This document shows positions 17,931 to 26,224 of a stretch of DNA of 30,265 nt, in pieces (position 1 is the stretch's first letter; each line of letters starts with the position of its first letter). A program made the translations under genes and the position numbers. The notes beneath the pieces were generated by a model, which saw only the letters and a list, made by a program, of their open reading frames with translations, did no database searches and was not told where the DNA came from. This DNA comes from an uncultured Dehalococcoidia bacterium (GTDB taxonomy: Bacteria; Chloroflexota; Dehalococcoidia; SZUA-161; CAYRBX01): positions 1-30,265 of the forward strand of contig CAYRBX010000001.1 of NCBI GenBank assembly GCA_964422695.1, read 5' to 3'.

Positions 17931-19313
17931 TCACTCCTCCAGATCACATCTCCAGCATCTCCTCCCCTCATTCAGAGCTTCCTCCTCCGTGAGGCCTCGC
18001 TCCAGCTCCTCGGGGCCGAGCAGGCGAGGTCTCGGACGCTCAAGCTCTTTGAGCTTCTCCCTCTCGATGAAGGTGTAACGCCCTCTGGGCTCCGGGATCT
18101 CAAGCTCCTCCTCCAAGGTTCCCGTTCCGCCCAAGTACTTATCCACGGAGAGGGCGGCCTTGCGTCCCGACCCTATCGCGTGAACCACCGAAGTGGGGCC
18201 CGTGATGACATCTCCGGCGGCGAAAACGCCCTCCCTCGAGGTCGCCAGGGTTTCGGGATCGACCTCGATGGTCTCAAGCCCATCTCTTCGCGCCGCTGCG
18301 ACGCCGAGCTCCCTCAAAGCGCTCGGCCTTCCGGTGAGGGAGGAGACGACCGTGCCGTGAACAACTCCGGCGTGAGCGCCCAAAGCCAAGATTATAGCAT
18401 CGAAGCCTTGGGCGAAGAGCTTATCCAGAGAATCGACTTTGACGCCGGTGAGGATCTCCACTCCGAGCATTTTGATCTTGTTGATCTCATCGTCGAGAAC
18501 ATGCCTCGGAAGGCGCTTTTGGGATATGCCGTATCGCATTATCCCTCCGGGCTCGGGAAGGGCTTCGAAAATCGTCACCTTGTGCCCCAATTTGGCCAGG
18601 AAGAAAGCCGCGGTGAGCCCTGCGGGCCCGGATCCCACCACGGCCACCTTCTTGCCGGTGGGAGGCCGGATCGCCTTATCCGTCCACCTCCCCCGCTCAT
18701 ATGCGAAGCGCTTCAGGAGCTTTATCGCGATGGGCTGAGTGTGCCTTCCCTGGCGGCAGGCGTCCTCGCAGGGAGCGAAGCAAACCCAGCCGCAAACCCC
18801 CGGAAGCGGATTTGCGAGCCTTATGACTCCCAGAGCTTCCGAGTATCTCCCCTCGCCCACAAGCCGCACGTACCGCGGCACATCCACCCCCGCGGGGCAG
18901 GCTTTCGCGCATGGAGGGAGGAGGCGCATCGCCGGCTTCCTCTCGGGAACGGGCATGAGGATGGGGCGCTGAGGGCTCTCCTTGGCGAGCAGCAGGCCTC
19001 CTTTGTAATCGAGCACCCGACCTTCTATCCTGATTCCGGCGAATTCCATCATCTCGTTCTCGATGAGGGCGGCCGCAAGGTAAATGGGGGAGATGCTCGG
19101 AAGCTCCTCATCCTTTCCCACTTGAACGCGGATGTTCGTAACTCCTATCTCCTTATCGAATTCCTGCTCGAAATGGTAGATGACCTCGAATTTATCCCCC
19201 AGATCCACGCACGAAGCCGTGATGAAACGGTAATTCTCCTTGAAGAGCTTCCACACTTCAAGATGCAGCGTCTCTCTGGTCGCTCGGATTTCGGCTTTGA
19301 CCTGCCCTTTCAT
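17931..19313 (-). CDS. Fusion protein: EchD/NuoC-like domain, GltD/NfnB-type [4Fe-4S] domain and FAD-binding domain, lacking the NAD(P)H-binding domain
   Basis: N-terminal YRFITASCVDLGDKFEVIYHF...LPSISPIYLAAALIENEMMEFAGI (EchD/NuoC); PCAKACPAGVDVP..NPLPGVCGWVCFAPCEDAC; VAVVGSGPAGL; GVFAAGD; C-terminal EGRRCWRCD. ATG 19313 with SD GGAGG. Confidence 0.85.
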   Translation of the reverse strand: MKGQVKAEIRATRETLHLEVWKLFKENYRFITASCVDLGDKFEVIYHFEQEFDKEIGVTNIRVQVGKDEELPSISPIYLAAALIENEMMEFAGIRIEGRVLDYKGGLLLAKESPQRPILMPVPERKPAMRLLPPCAKACPAGVDVPRYVRLVGEGRYSEALGVIRLANPLPGVCGWVCFAPCEDACRQGRHTQPIAIKLLKRFAYERGRWTDKAIRPPTGKKVAVVGSGPAGLTAAFFLAKLGHKVTIFEALPEPGGIMRYGISQKRLPRHVLDDEINKIKMLGVEILTGVKVDSLDKLFAQGFDAIILALGAHAGVVHGTVVSSLTGRPSALRELGVAAARRDGLETIEVDPETLATSREGVFAAGDVITGPTSVVHAIGSGRKAALSVDKYLGGTGTLEEELEIPEPRGRYTFIEREKLKELERPRPRLLGPEELERGLTEEEALNEGRRCWRCDLEE

Positions 19314-19347
19314 CTCGCTCCTTCCTCCGCGCGGCATTCTCGGGATC

Positions 19348-19932
19348 TCAGAAGATCAGAGCTCTGGAGAGGGCGAATTTGGATTCGACGAGGCCCGTGG
19401 GGCAGAGCTCGAAACACTCCTTGCATTCGGCGCACACCTTCGCCGCTATCTCCGGAATGAACATGACATCCCTCTCCGTCCCCCGCCCCACGAATCCTAT
19501 CGCGTGAGCTCCCTTCACCTCGGCGCAATAGCGAACGCAGAGCCCGCAGAGAATGCAGAAAACGCCCTCCTTTTCGAACCTCACCCTCTCGACGCCGTAC
19601 TCGCGAGCAAGCGCGAGGAGCTTCTCCGAGCCCGGAGCGCGAGCCAGCATGAGCTCCAAGAGGATCTTCCGAATCCTCCTTATCTTCTCGGTGTTGGTGA
19701 GAACCTCAAGGCCGTCCTCAACGGGATAAACGCAGGCGACCACCGTTTGAGATCTCCCTCCCCGAACGATCTCCACCGAGCAGATGCGGCAGGCTCCGTA
19801 AGGCTCCAGCTTCTCGTGGTAGCAGAGGGTCGGAATCTCAATGCCGGCTTGCTTTGCGGCCTGAAGCAAAGTCATTCCCTTTTTGGCTTTCACCTCCCTG
19901 CCGTCTATCTTGAGCGTTACTTCCTCGCTCAT
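19348..19932 (-). CDS. Short NuoG/HydA-N-like Fe-S subunit ([2Fe-2S] + 2x[4Fe-4S])
   Basis: IPTLCYHEKLEPYGACRICSVE..VVAC; CILCGLCVRYC; CAECKECFELCPTG. No catalytic domain follows. Confidence 0.9.
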   Translation of the reverse strand: MSEEVTLKIDGREVKAKKGMTLLQAAKQAGIEIPTLCYHEKLEPYGACRICSVEIVRGGRSQTVVACVYPVEDGLEVLTNTEKIRRIRKILLELMLARAPGSEKLLALAREYGVERVRFEKEGVFCILCGLCVRYCAEVKGAHAIGFVGRGTERDVMFIPEIAAKVCAECKECFELCPTGLVESKFALSRALIF

Positions 19933-21857
19933 GCCTCTGCCCTCTCCCTTCGTATGATCCTCTCCTCCTCAGGAGGCGGAGGAGGAACCGGCTCTCCGGA
20001 GAGCTTTTTGACCGCGGCGAATCTCGGAGGACATACCTCCATACAAGTTCCGCACTTTATGCATTTCTCCTGAATGATGACGTGTACCTTGTTCTTCCCC
20101 CCGTCTATCGCTCCCGCCGGGCAGGCGCGCAGGCAGATCATGCAGGCCTGACATCTCTCCGGATCTATCCAGTAATTTACAAGAGCTTTGCATACTCCGG
20201 CGGGACATCTTCGATCTCTTATATGAGCTTCGTATTCGTCCCTGAAGTACCTCAATGTGGAGAGGATGGGATTGGCCGCGGTCCTTCCCAGAGCGCAGAG
20301 AGAGGCTTCGGAGAGAACCTCGCCGATCTCCTCAAGGAGCAGGATATCCTCCTCCGAGCCCTCTCCGGATCTTATCCTCTCCAGAATGCGAAGGGATTGC
20401 CTTATCCCCTCGCGACAGGGAACGCATTTCCCGCAGGATTCGCTCGCCAGGAAGTTGAGGAAGTACCAGGCGACATCCACCATGCACGTATCCTCATCCA
20501 TCACGATCATCCCTCCGGAGCCCATCATGGAGCCGAGCTTCGTGAGCTCATCGAAATCCACCGGCGTGTCCAAGTACTGCTCGGGAATCACCCCGCCGGA
20601 GGGGCCTCCGGTCTGAACGGCTTTGAATTTCTTCCCGTCTTTGATCCCCCCTCCGATCTTGTAGATGATATCCCTCAGGGTGATCCCCATGGGGACTTCG
20701 ATGAGGCCCGTGTTGTTCACCTTCCCCACGAGGGAGAAGATCTTGGTTCCGGGGCTCCCTTTGGTTCCGATGGAAGTGAACCAATCCGCCCCCCTGTTGA
20801 TGATCAAAGGAACGTTCGCCCACGTCTCCACATTATTGAGATTGGAGGGCTTCCCCCAAATCCCGCTTATGGAAGTTCGAATGTACTTGGGGCGGGGCTC
20901 CCCCACCTTCCCCTCTATCGCCGTCATGAGAGCGCTCGACTCCCCGGAGACGAAAGCGCCCGCCCCCCGATGCACCGTGACCTTGAAGCTGAATCCGGAT
21001 CCCAAGATGTTCTCGCCCAGAAGGCCGTATTCTTCGGCCTGTCGGATCGCCGTGAGCACGTTCTCCACGGCCAGAGGGTACTCCTGGCGGACGTAAATGA
21101 AGCCCTCATGAGCTCCTATGGCGTAAGCTCCGATGATAAGCCCTTCGAGCACCGAATGAGGATTTCCCTCCATCAAAGCTCTGTCCATGAAGGCCCCGGG
21201 GTCTCCCTCATCGCAATTGACGATCACATATTTGGGGGTTCCCGGAGCGTTGCGAGTCGTCTCCCACTTCCTTCCCGCGGGGAATCCGGCGCCGCCCCTC
21301 CCGCGCAGGTTGGCTTTCTTCACCTCCTCCAAGACCTGCTCCGGGGTCATATCGAATAGAGCTTTCGCCAGAGCCGAATACCCTCCCAGAGCTATGTAGT
21401 CCTCGATGTTCTTGGGATCGATCTTGGAGTTGTTGGCCAGAAGCAATCGCTGCTGGTGCTTGTAGAAGGGGATTTCGGACTCGTAAGCTATCCTCTCTCC
21501 TGTTTCCGGATCCTGATAGAGGAGGCGCTCCGCGATCTCCCCTCTTACAAGCGTTTTCTCCACGATCTCCGGAACATCTTCGGGCCGGACTTGCACGTAA
21601 TGAATTCCCTGAGGGTAGATGATGACGATCGTCCCCTTCTCGCAGAATCCCGGGCAGCCGGTCTCCTTTATATCCACCTTCCCCTCAAGGCCGCGCTTGG
21701 CGATCTCCTCCCGGAAGGCCTTGATCACATCTCTCGCTCCGAGCGCAAGACACCCCGTTCCGGCGCAAATCGCCGCGCAGGGCCTGTTGGGATCCCTCCG
21801 GCTTTGTATCTCCCTCCTGTAGTTCTCCAGATCCTCCCTCGAACTCAATCTCGGCAT
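19929..21857 (-). CDS. nuoF: NuoF/HydB-like FMN and NAD(P)H-binding subunit, long form
   Basis: N-terminal CAGTGC..GCPGFC; LRGRGGAGFP; NCDEGDPGAFMDR; GAGAFVSGESSAL; NNVET; GGPSGG; ESCGKCVPCREG..LCALG; DTC..HIRDRRCPAGVC; C-terminal CQACMICLRACP and CIKCGTCMEVCP. Confidence 0.95.
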   Translation of the reverse strand: MPRLSSREDLENYRREIQSRRDPNRPCAAICAGTGCLALGARDVIKAFREEIAKRGLEGKVDIKETGCPGFCEKGTIVIIYPQGIHYVQVRPEDVPEIVEKTLVRGEIAERLLYQDPETGERIAYESEIPFYKHQQRLLLANNSKIDPKNIEDYIALGGYSALAKALFDMTPEQVLEEVKKANLRGRGGAGFPAGRKWETTRNAPGTPKYVIVNCDEGDPGAFMDRALMEGNPHSVLEGLIIGAYAIGAHEGFIYVRQEYPLAVENVLTAIRQAEEYGLLGENILGSGFSFKVTVHRGAGAFVSGESSALMTAIEGKVGEPRPKYIRTSISGIWGKPSNLNNVETWANVPLIINRGADWFTSIGTKGSPGTKIFSLVGKVNNTGLIEVPMGITLRDIIYKIGGGIKDGKKFKAVQTGGPSGGVIPEQYLDTPVDFDELTKLGSMMGSGGMIVMDEDTCMVDVAWYFLNFLASESCGKCVPCREGIRQSLRILERIRSGEGSEEDILLLEEIGEVLSEASLCALGRTAANPILSTLRYFRDEYEAHIRDRRCPAGVCKALVNYWIDPERCQACMICLRACPAGAIDGGKNKVHVIIQEKCIKCGTCMEVCPPRFAAVKKLSGEPVPPPPPEEERIIRRERAEA

Positions 21858-21861
21858 CCCC

Positions 21862-22326
21862 CTACTCCTCCTCGTAACGTTTCAAGATCTCCTCCACTTT
21901 GGATACGGTCATCCCTCCATAATACGTCCCGTCGACGACCATAACGGGCCCCAGAGCGCAGCAGCCGAGGCAGTTTACGGTTTCGAGAGAGAAGCGCAGA
22001 TCGGAGCGCGTCTCCCCGGCTTTTATCCCGAGCACCTGCTCGACCCTCTCCAAGATCCTCGGAGATCCCCTCACATGACAGGCCGTTCCCATGCATACGG
22101 TGACGTGATGCTTCCCTTTGGGAACCAAGCTGAAGGCCTTGTAGAAGGTGGCGATGTGGTAAATTCGGGAGAGGGGGACTTTGAGCCTCTCGCTTATCCT
22201 CTTCAGGGCCTCCCGGGGAAGCCAGTTGAACTCCCTCTGAACCTCAAGGAGGATCTGGATGAGAGCGCTGGGATCGGCCTTGTAAGCGTCGATAATCCGA
22301 TCTACCTGCTCCAGCTCCGCGGTCAT
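21862..22326 (-). CDS. nuoE: NuoE/HydC-like [2Fe-2S] subunit
   Basis: LIQILLEVQ, ATFY, VCMGTACHVRG, VNCLGCCALGP. Confidence 0.95.
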   Translation of the reverse strand: MTAELEQVDRIIDAYKADPSALIQILLEVQREFNWLPREALKRISERLKVPLSRIYHIATFYKAFSLVPKGKHHVTVCMGTACHVRGSPRILERVEQVLGIKAGETRSDLRFSLETVNCLGCCALGPVMVVDGTYYGGMTVSKVEEILKRYEEE

Positions 22327-22369
22327 CGCCGCTCGACCTCCCTCCGAAGAGTTGAAAAAGCCCTCATAA

Positions 22370-22399
22370 AGTATTTCCGCAAGCGAGCGCCGCAGTCAA
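22370..22399 (-). promoter_or_regulatory. Putative promoter of the nuoE...echF operon
   Basis: Minus strand TTGACT (22399-22394), 18-nt spacer, AATACT (22375-22370). Confidence 0.45.
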
Positions 22400-22401
22400 T
22401 T

Positions 22402-22430
22402 TTGAAATTTCCCCTCCGGAGATCTACAAT
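22402..22430 (+). promoter_or_regulatory. Sigma70-type promoter of rsfS, predicted leaderless transcript
   Basis: TTGAAA (22402-22407), 17-nt spacer, TACAAT (22425-22430); ATG at 22437. Confidence 0.72.
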
Positions 22431-22436
22431 GAACTG

Positions 22437-22793
22437 ATGTCGAGGGATAAGAGGGCTTTGGAGATCGCCCGCCGCGCCGCGAACGCGGCTCAGGAGAAGC
22501 AGGCTTCGGATATCTTCCTCCTCGATCTCTCGGGAACTTGCCCCTTTGCGGATTTCTTCCTCATCTGCACCGGAGATAACAAGCGCCATATGGAGGCCAT
22601 AAGGGAGGAGATAGAGCGAGCTCTTCTGGAGGAGGGCGTCCGCCTCCTGAGAGACGAGGGGGAGGGGGATTCGGGCTGGATCCTCATGGATTTCGGAGAT
22701 CTCATCGTTCATATCTTCTCCCCCGAGCAGCGCTCCTTCTATCGGCTGGAGGAGCTGTGGAGCAATGCCTCCCCCGTTCTGAGGATCTTATGA
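22437..22793 (+). CDS. rsfS: Ribosome silencing factor RsfS (Iojap/YbeB)
   Basis: [52 protein letters not shown]. Confidence 0.96.
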   Translation: MSRDKRALEIARRAANAAQEKQASDIFLLDLSGTCPFADFFLICTGDNKRHMEAIREEIERALLEEGVRLLRDEGEGDSGWILMDFGDLIVHIFSPEQRSFYRLEELWSNASPVLRIL

Positions 22794-23252
22794 CTCCTCG
22801 ATCCACCCCTCTATATCCCGCCTGTAGGAGAAGAGCTCGTTCGGGGAGAAGAAGAGCTCGATCTCCCTGGAGGCCGCCTCCGGAGAATCCGAAGCGTGAA
22901 TGAGATTCCTGCCTATGGAGAGCCCGAAATCCCCTCTTATCGTCCCGGGAAGGGCTTTCGCGGGATCGGTGGCGCCCACGAGATTCCTCACCACCTCCAC
23001 GGCCTGAGGGCCCTCGAAGACGGCCGCCACCAGAGGGCCTGAGGTGATGTAATTCACAAGCTTCTCGAAGAAATCCTTCCCGCGATGGATCTCATAATGA
23101 CGTTCGGCAAGCCTCCTATCCATCCACACCATCTTCAATCCCACGATCTTGAGGCCCTTCCTCTCCAAGCGCGCCAAGATCTCCCCCACCAAGCCCCTCT
23201 GAACGCCGTCGGGCTTTATGAGCACCAAGGTGCGCTCCCGAAGCCCCGCCAT
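22788..23252 (-). CDS. ndk: Nucleoside diphosphate kinase
   Basis: [41 protein letters not shown] (catalytic His). Confidence 0.97.
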   Translation of the reverse strand: MAGLRERTLVLIKPDGVQRGLVGEILARLERKGLKIVGLKMVWMDRRLAERHYEIHRGKDFFEKLVNYITSGPLVAAVFEGPQAVEVVRNLVGATDPAKALPGTIRGDFGLSIGRNLIHASDSPEAASREIELFFSPNELFSYRRDIEGWIEES

Positions 23253-23256
23253 CCCC

Positions 23257-24429
23257 CTATATACTCCTCAGGAACTTGTACATCCTCTCAAGAGCTTCTT
23301 CTATCTCGGCGAGGGAGGCCGCATAGCAAACCCTCACATGCCCCTCCCCGCACTCCCCGAAGGCGGAGCCCGGAACCACCACCACTTTGGCTTCGAGCAA
23401 AAGCCTTTCGGCGAACTCCATGGCCGTGAAGGGAGTTCTCCTTATCGAGGGGAAGGCGTAAAAAGCTCCCTTCGGCTCAAAGCAGTCGAGTCCTATCTCA
23501 TTGAGCCCGCTCACGAGGAGCTTCCTCCTGCGATCGAATTCCTCCTTCATTCGAGCCGCTTCCTCCTCTCCTTCCCTCAGAGCCGCGATCGCCGCTTTCT
23601 GAGCTATGGTCGGAGCGCACAACATGGTGTACTGATGAATTCTCATCATGGCCTCGATGATCTCGGCGGGAGCGGCCGCGTATCCTATCCTCCATCCTGT
23701 CATCGCGTAGGATTTCGAGAACCCTCCGAGGAGCACCGTGCGCTCCCTCATTCCCGGAAGGGAGGAGAAGCATATGTGTTCCGCATCGTAGGTGAGCTTC
23801 TCGTAGATCTCATCGGAGATGACCAAAAGCCCCTCCCTCTCCACGAGCTCGGCTATGGGGAGGAGATCTTCAAGCGATAAGGTGGTTCCCGTCGGATTGT
23901 GCGGGTAGTTGAGGATGAGGATTTTGGTGCGCGGGGAGATGCGCCGCTCGATCTCCGAAGCCTTCAATTTGAACTCATCTTCCGGAAAGGTGGGAACGCG
24001 AACCGGAACTCCTCCGGCGAATATGGTGCAGGGAACATAAGCCACATACGAGGGATCCGGAATGAGAACCTCATCCCCCGGATCCACCAAAGCTCGGAGA
24101 GCGAGATCCAATCCCTCGCTCACTCCGGCGGTGATGAGGATCTCGGCGCGCGGATCGTATGCGACTCCGAAGCGCCTCTCCAAGTACCTCGCCACCTCCT
24201 CTCGGAGCTCCAGGAGCCCGTAGTTCGAGGTGTAGCTCGTGAATCCCTTCTCCAGCGCTCTGATTCCGGCTTCGGCGATAACCCAAGGGGTGGGGAAATC
24301 CGGCTCCCCCACCCCCAGGGAGATGATCCCTTCCATCGATGCGATGAGATCGAAGAAGCGCCTTATTCCGGAGGGGGGCACGAGGCGCACCCTCTCGGCG
24401 ATGATCTCCCTTACGGCCTTCCTCCTCAT
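23257..24429 (-). CDS. PLP-dependent aminotransferase class I/II (B. subtilis YugH/AlaT-like)
   Basis: [55 protein letters not shown]. Confidence 0.93.
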   Translation of the reverse strand: MRRKAVREIIAERVRLVPPSGIRRFFDLIASMEGIISLGVGEPDFPTPWVIAEAGIRALEKGFTSYTSNYGLLELREEVARYLERRFGVAYDPRAEILITAGVSEGLDLALRALVDPGDEVLIPDPSYVAYVPCTIFAGGVPVRVPTFPEDEFKLKASEIERRISPRTKILILNYPHNPTGTTLSLEDLLPIAELVEREGLLVISDEIYEKLTYDAEHICFSSLPGMRERTVLLGGFSKSYAMTGWRIGYAAAPAEIIEAMMRIHQYTMLCAPTIAQKAAIAALREGEEEAARMKEEFDRRRKLLVSGLNEIGLDCFEPKGAFYAFPSIRRTPFTAMEFAERLLLEAKVVVVPGSAFGECGEGHVRVCYAASLAEIEEALERMYKFLRSI

Positions 24430-24440
24430 CTCGGCCTCGA

Positions 24441-24920
24441 TCAGAGGGAGAGGGGAAGGCGATGCTCTCCTTCCCTCCCCTCCAGGATCTCCCCGCTCTC
24501 CTTGTACTTCTTGAGGAGGAAATGAGTTGTGGTGCTGCGCACATTCTCCAGAGGGGCGAGCTTTTGAGATACGAAGGAGGCGATGTCCTGAATGCTCCTG
24601 CCCACCGCGATGATGGCGAGATCATAAGTTCCCGAGACGAGGTAAACCGAATGCGTCTCCGGATACCTCGAGATCCTCTCGGCTATGGCGTCAAAGCCCT
24701 TCTCCCTCTCCGGCTGCACCTTCACCTCGATGAGAGCCCAGACTTTCTTCTCTTCCACCTTATCCCAATCTATGAGAGCTTTGTAGCCCAGGATTATCCG
24801 GCTCTCCTCGGCTCTCCTTATGAAATCCCTTATCTCCTCCACCGGCCTTCCCGTCATCGCCGCGAGCTGCTCCGGAGAGAGGCGGGCGTCTCTTTCGAGA
24901 AGCTTCAAGATCTCCTTCAT
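24441..24920 (-). CDS. Lrp/AsnC-family regulator (YugG/AlaR-like)
   Basis: MKEILKLLERDAR HTH, IILGYKALIDW, YLVSGTYDL, TTTHFLLKKYK; ATG 24920 overlaps the upstream stop; paired with the aminotransferase as in yugG-yugH. Confidence 0.92.
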   Translation of the reverse strand: MKEILKLLERDARLSPEQLAAMTGRPVEEIRDFIRRAEESRIILGYKALIDWDKVEEKKVWALIEVKVQPEREKGFDAIAERISRYPETHSVYLVSGTYDLAIIAVGRSIQDIASFVSQKLAPLENVRSTTTHFLLKKYKESGEILEGREGEHRLPLSL

Positions 24921-26224
24921 GCTCTGTTCCCCTCCTTCTCGTAAGCTCTTATGAGGCGCTGAGCTCGGGAGAAGGTCTGGGGGATCGTCCCCTCGGGAAC
25001 AAGCTCCACAGAGCACTCCACCGAAAGCCTGTGTTTGAGCTCCCTCTCCACATCCCACTGCAATTTGTGCACATCTATGACCTCGGGCGAGTGCTCAATC
25101 CTCAACCGAAGCCGCTCCAGCTCCCCCTTCTGCTCGATGATAACGCGATACTCGCTCCCCAAGCCCGGAATTCCCGAGATCACCTCCTCGATATCGATGG
25201 GGAGGATCCGGCGTCCGCCCACCTTCAGGATATGAGCTACCTTTCCTCGAATCGGCCCGATTCTGGGGTGCGCGCAGCCGCACGAACAGATCTTCTTCGG
25301 ATCGAGGAGCTTCGCCATATCGCCGGTGCGGAATCTTATGAGGGGGAAGGCCTCCCGAGCAAGAGTGGTGAGGACGAGCTCCCCCTCCTCTCCGGGGCGG
25401 AGGACCTCCTGCGTTTCGGGATCTATCACCTCCGGGATGTAATAATCCCCCCAGATGTGCATCCCCTCCCTTCTCGTGCACTCCCCGGCCACGGGACTTC
25501 GGAAGGGGATCTCGGCGGGGCCGTAGATCATGTAGAGGCGAAGCCCCGTCTCCTCCTCTATTCGCGCGCGAAGCGAGCAGGATAAGGGCTCCCCCAGAGC
25601 TATGGCGATGTTGAGGGAGGTGTCCCGGCGGAGATCTATGCCCAGGGCTTTCGCCCTGTTGATGAAGCGAAGGAGCTGAGCCGAGGAGGCGAGGATGGCG
25701 GTGGGCTTCATCTGCTTGGCCACCTGAAGCTGGAAATCGGGCGTCTCCCGCTCCCTGTCGACGCTCAGGATCACGCAAGCTCCTATCCTCCTCAAAGCCA
25801 AGGATAAGAGGCCCCACGGGGCCAGCACCTGCACCCTATCTCCCTCCCTCAATCCTATGAGGGAGGCGAAGCGGGAGAGGAGCACGAGATCCCCCTCAAG
25901 ATCCCTCTCGGTCGCCGGGAAGAATTGAATGTGACCCCCAAGGAGGACGCTCTCCACCTCCGCGATCTCCTCAGGCCTCACCCCCACCCTCCTCTCGAAG
26001 GGAGCGGAGAGGATCTCCTCCAAGGAGAGGAGGGGGAGCTTGCGGAGGTCGGAAAGCCTGAGGAGGCCCTCCGGCCTTATCCCGGCTCTTTCGAATTTAT
26101 CTCGATAGAAGGGGATATTCTCGTATGCATATAAGAGGAGCTTGGAGAGCCTCTCCTCCTGAAGCCTCGAGATCTCCGAAGGACGCAGCGCTGCCGCGTC
26201 CGTCTTATGCTGTGTCTCCTCCAT
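24917..26224 (-). CDS. Phenylacetate-CoA ligase (PaaK)-like protein with degenerate ATP-binding motifs
   Basis: LQEERL..LL.YAYENIPFYRDKF, LGEP, YGPAE, HIWGDYYIPEVIDPET, GELVLTTL.REAFPLIRFRTGD, CSCG; canonical SSGTTG loop absent. Confidence 0.85.
   Translation of the reverse strand: MEETQHKTDAAALRPSEISRLQEERLSKLLLYAYENIPFYRDKFERAGIRPEGLLRLSDLRKLPLLSLEEILSAPFERRVGVRPEEIAEVESVLLGGHIQFFPATERDLEGDLVLLSRFASLIGLREGDRVQVLAPWGLLSLALRRIGACVILSVDRERETPDFQLQVAKQMKPTAILASSAQLLRFINRAKALGIDLRRDTSLNIAIALGEPLSCSLRARIEEETGLRLYMIYGPAEIPFRSPVAGECTRREGMHIWGDYYIPEVIDPETQEVLRPGEEGELVLTTLAREAFPLIRFRTGDMAKLLDPKKICSCGCAHPRIGPIRGKVAHILKVGGRRILPIDIEEVISGIPGLGSEYRVIIEQKGELERLRLRIEHSPEVIDVHKLQWDVERELKHRLSVECSVELVPEGTIPQTFSRAQRLIRAYEKEGNRA

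Noticed and set aside
17922-21359. Long plus-strand ORFs opposite the hydrogenase operon (512, 277, 425 aa)
   Set aside because: Antisense shadows of well-supported minus-strand genes.
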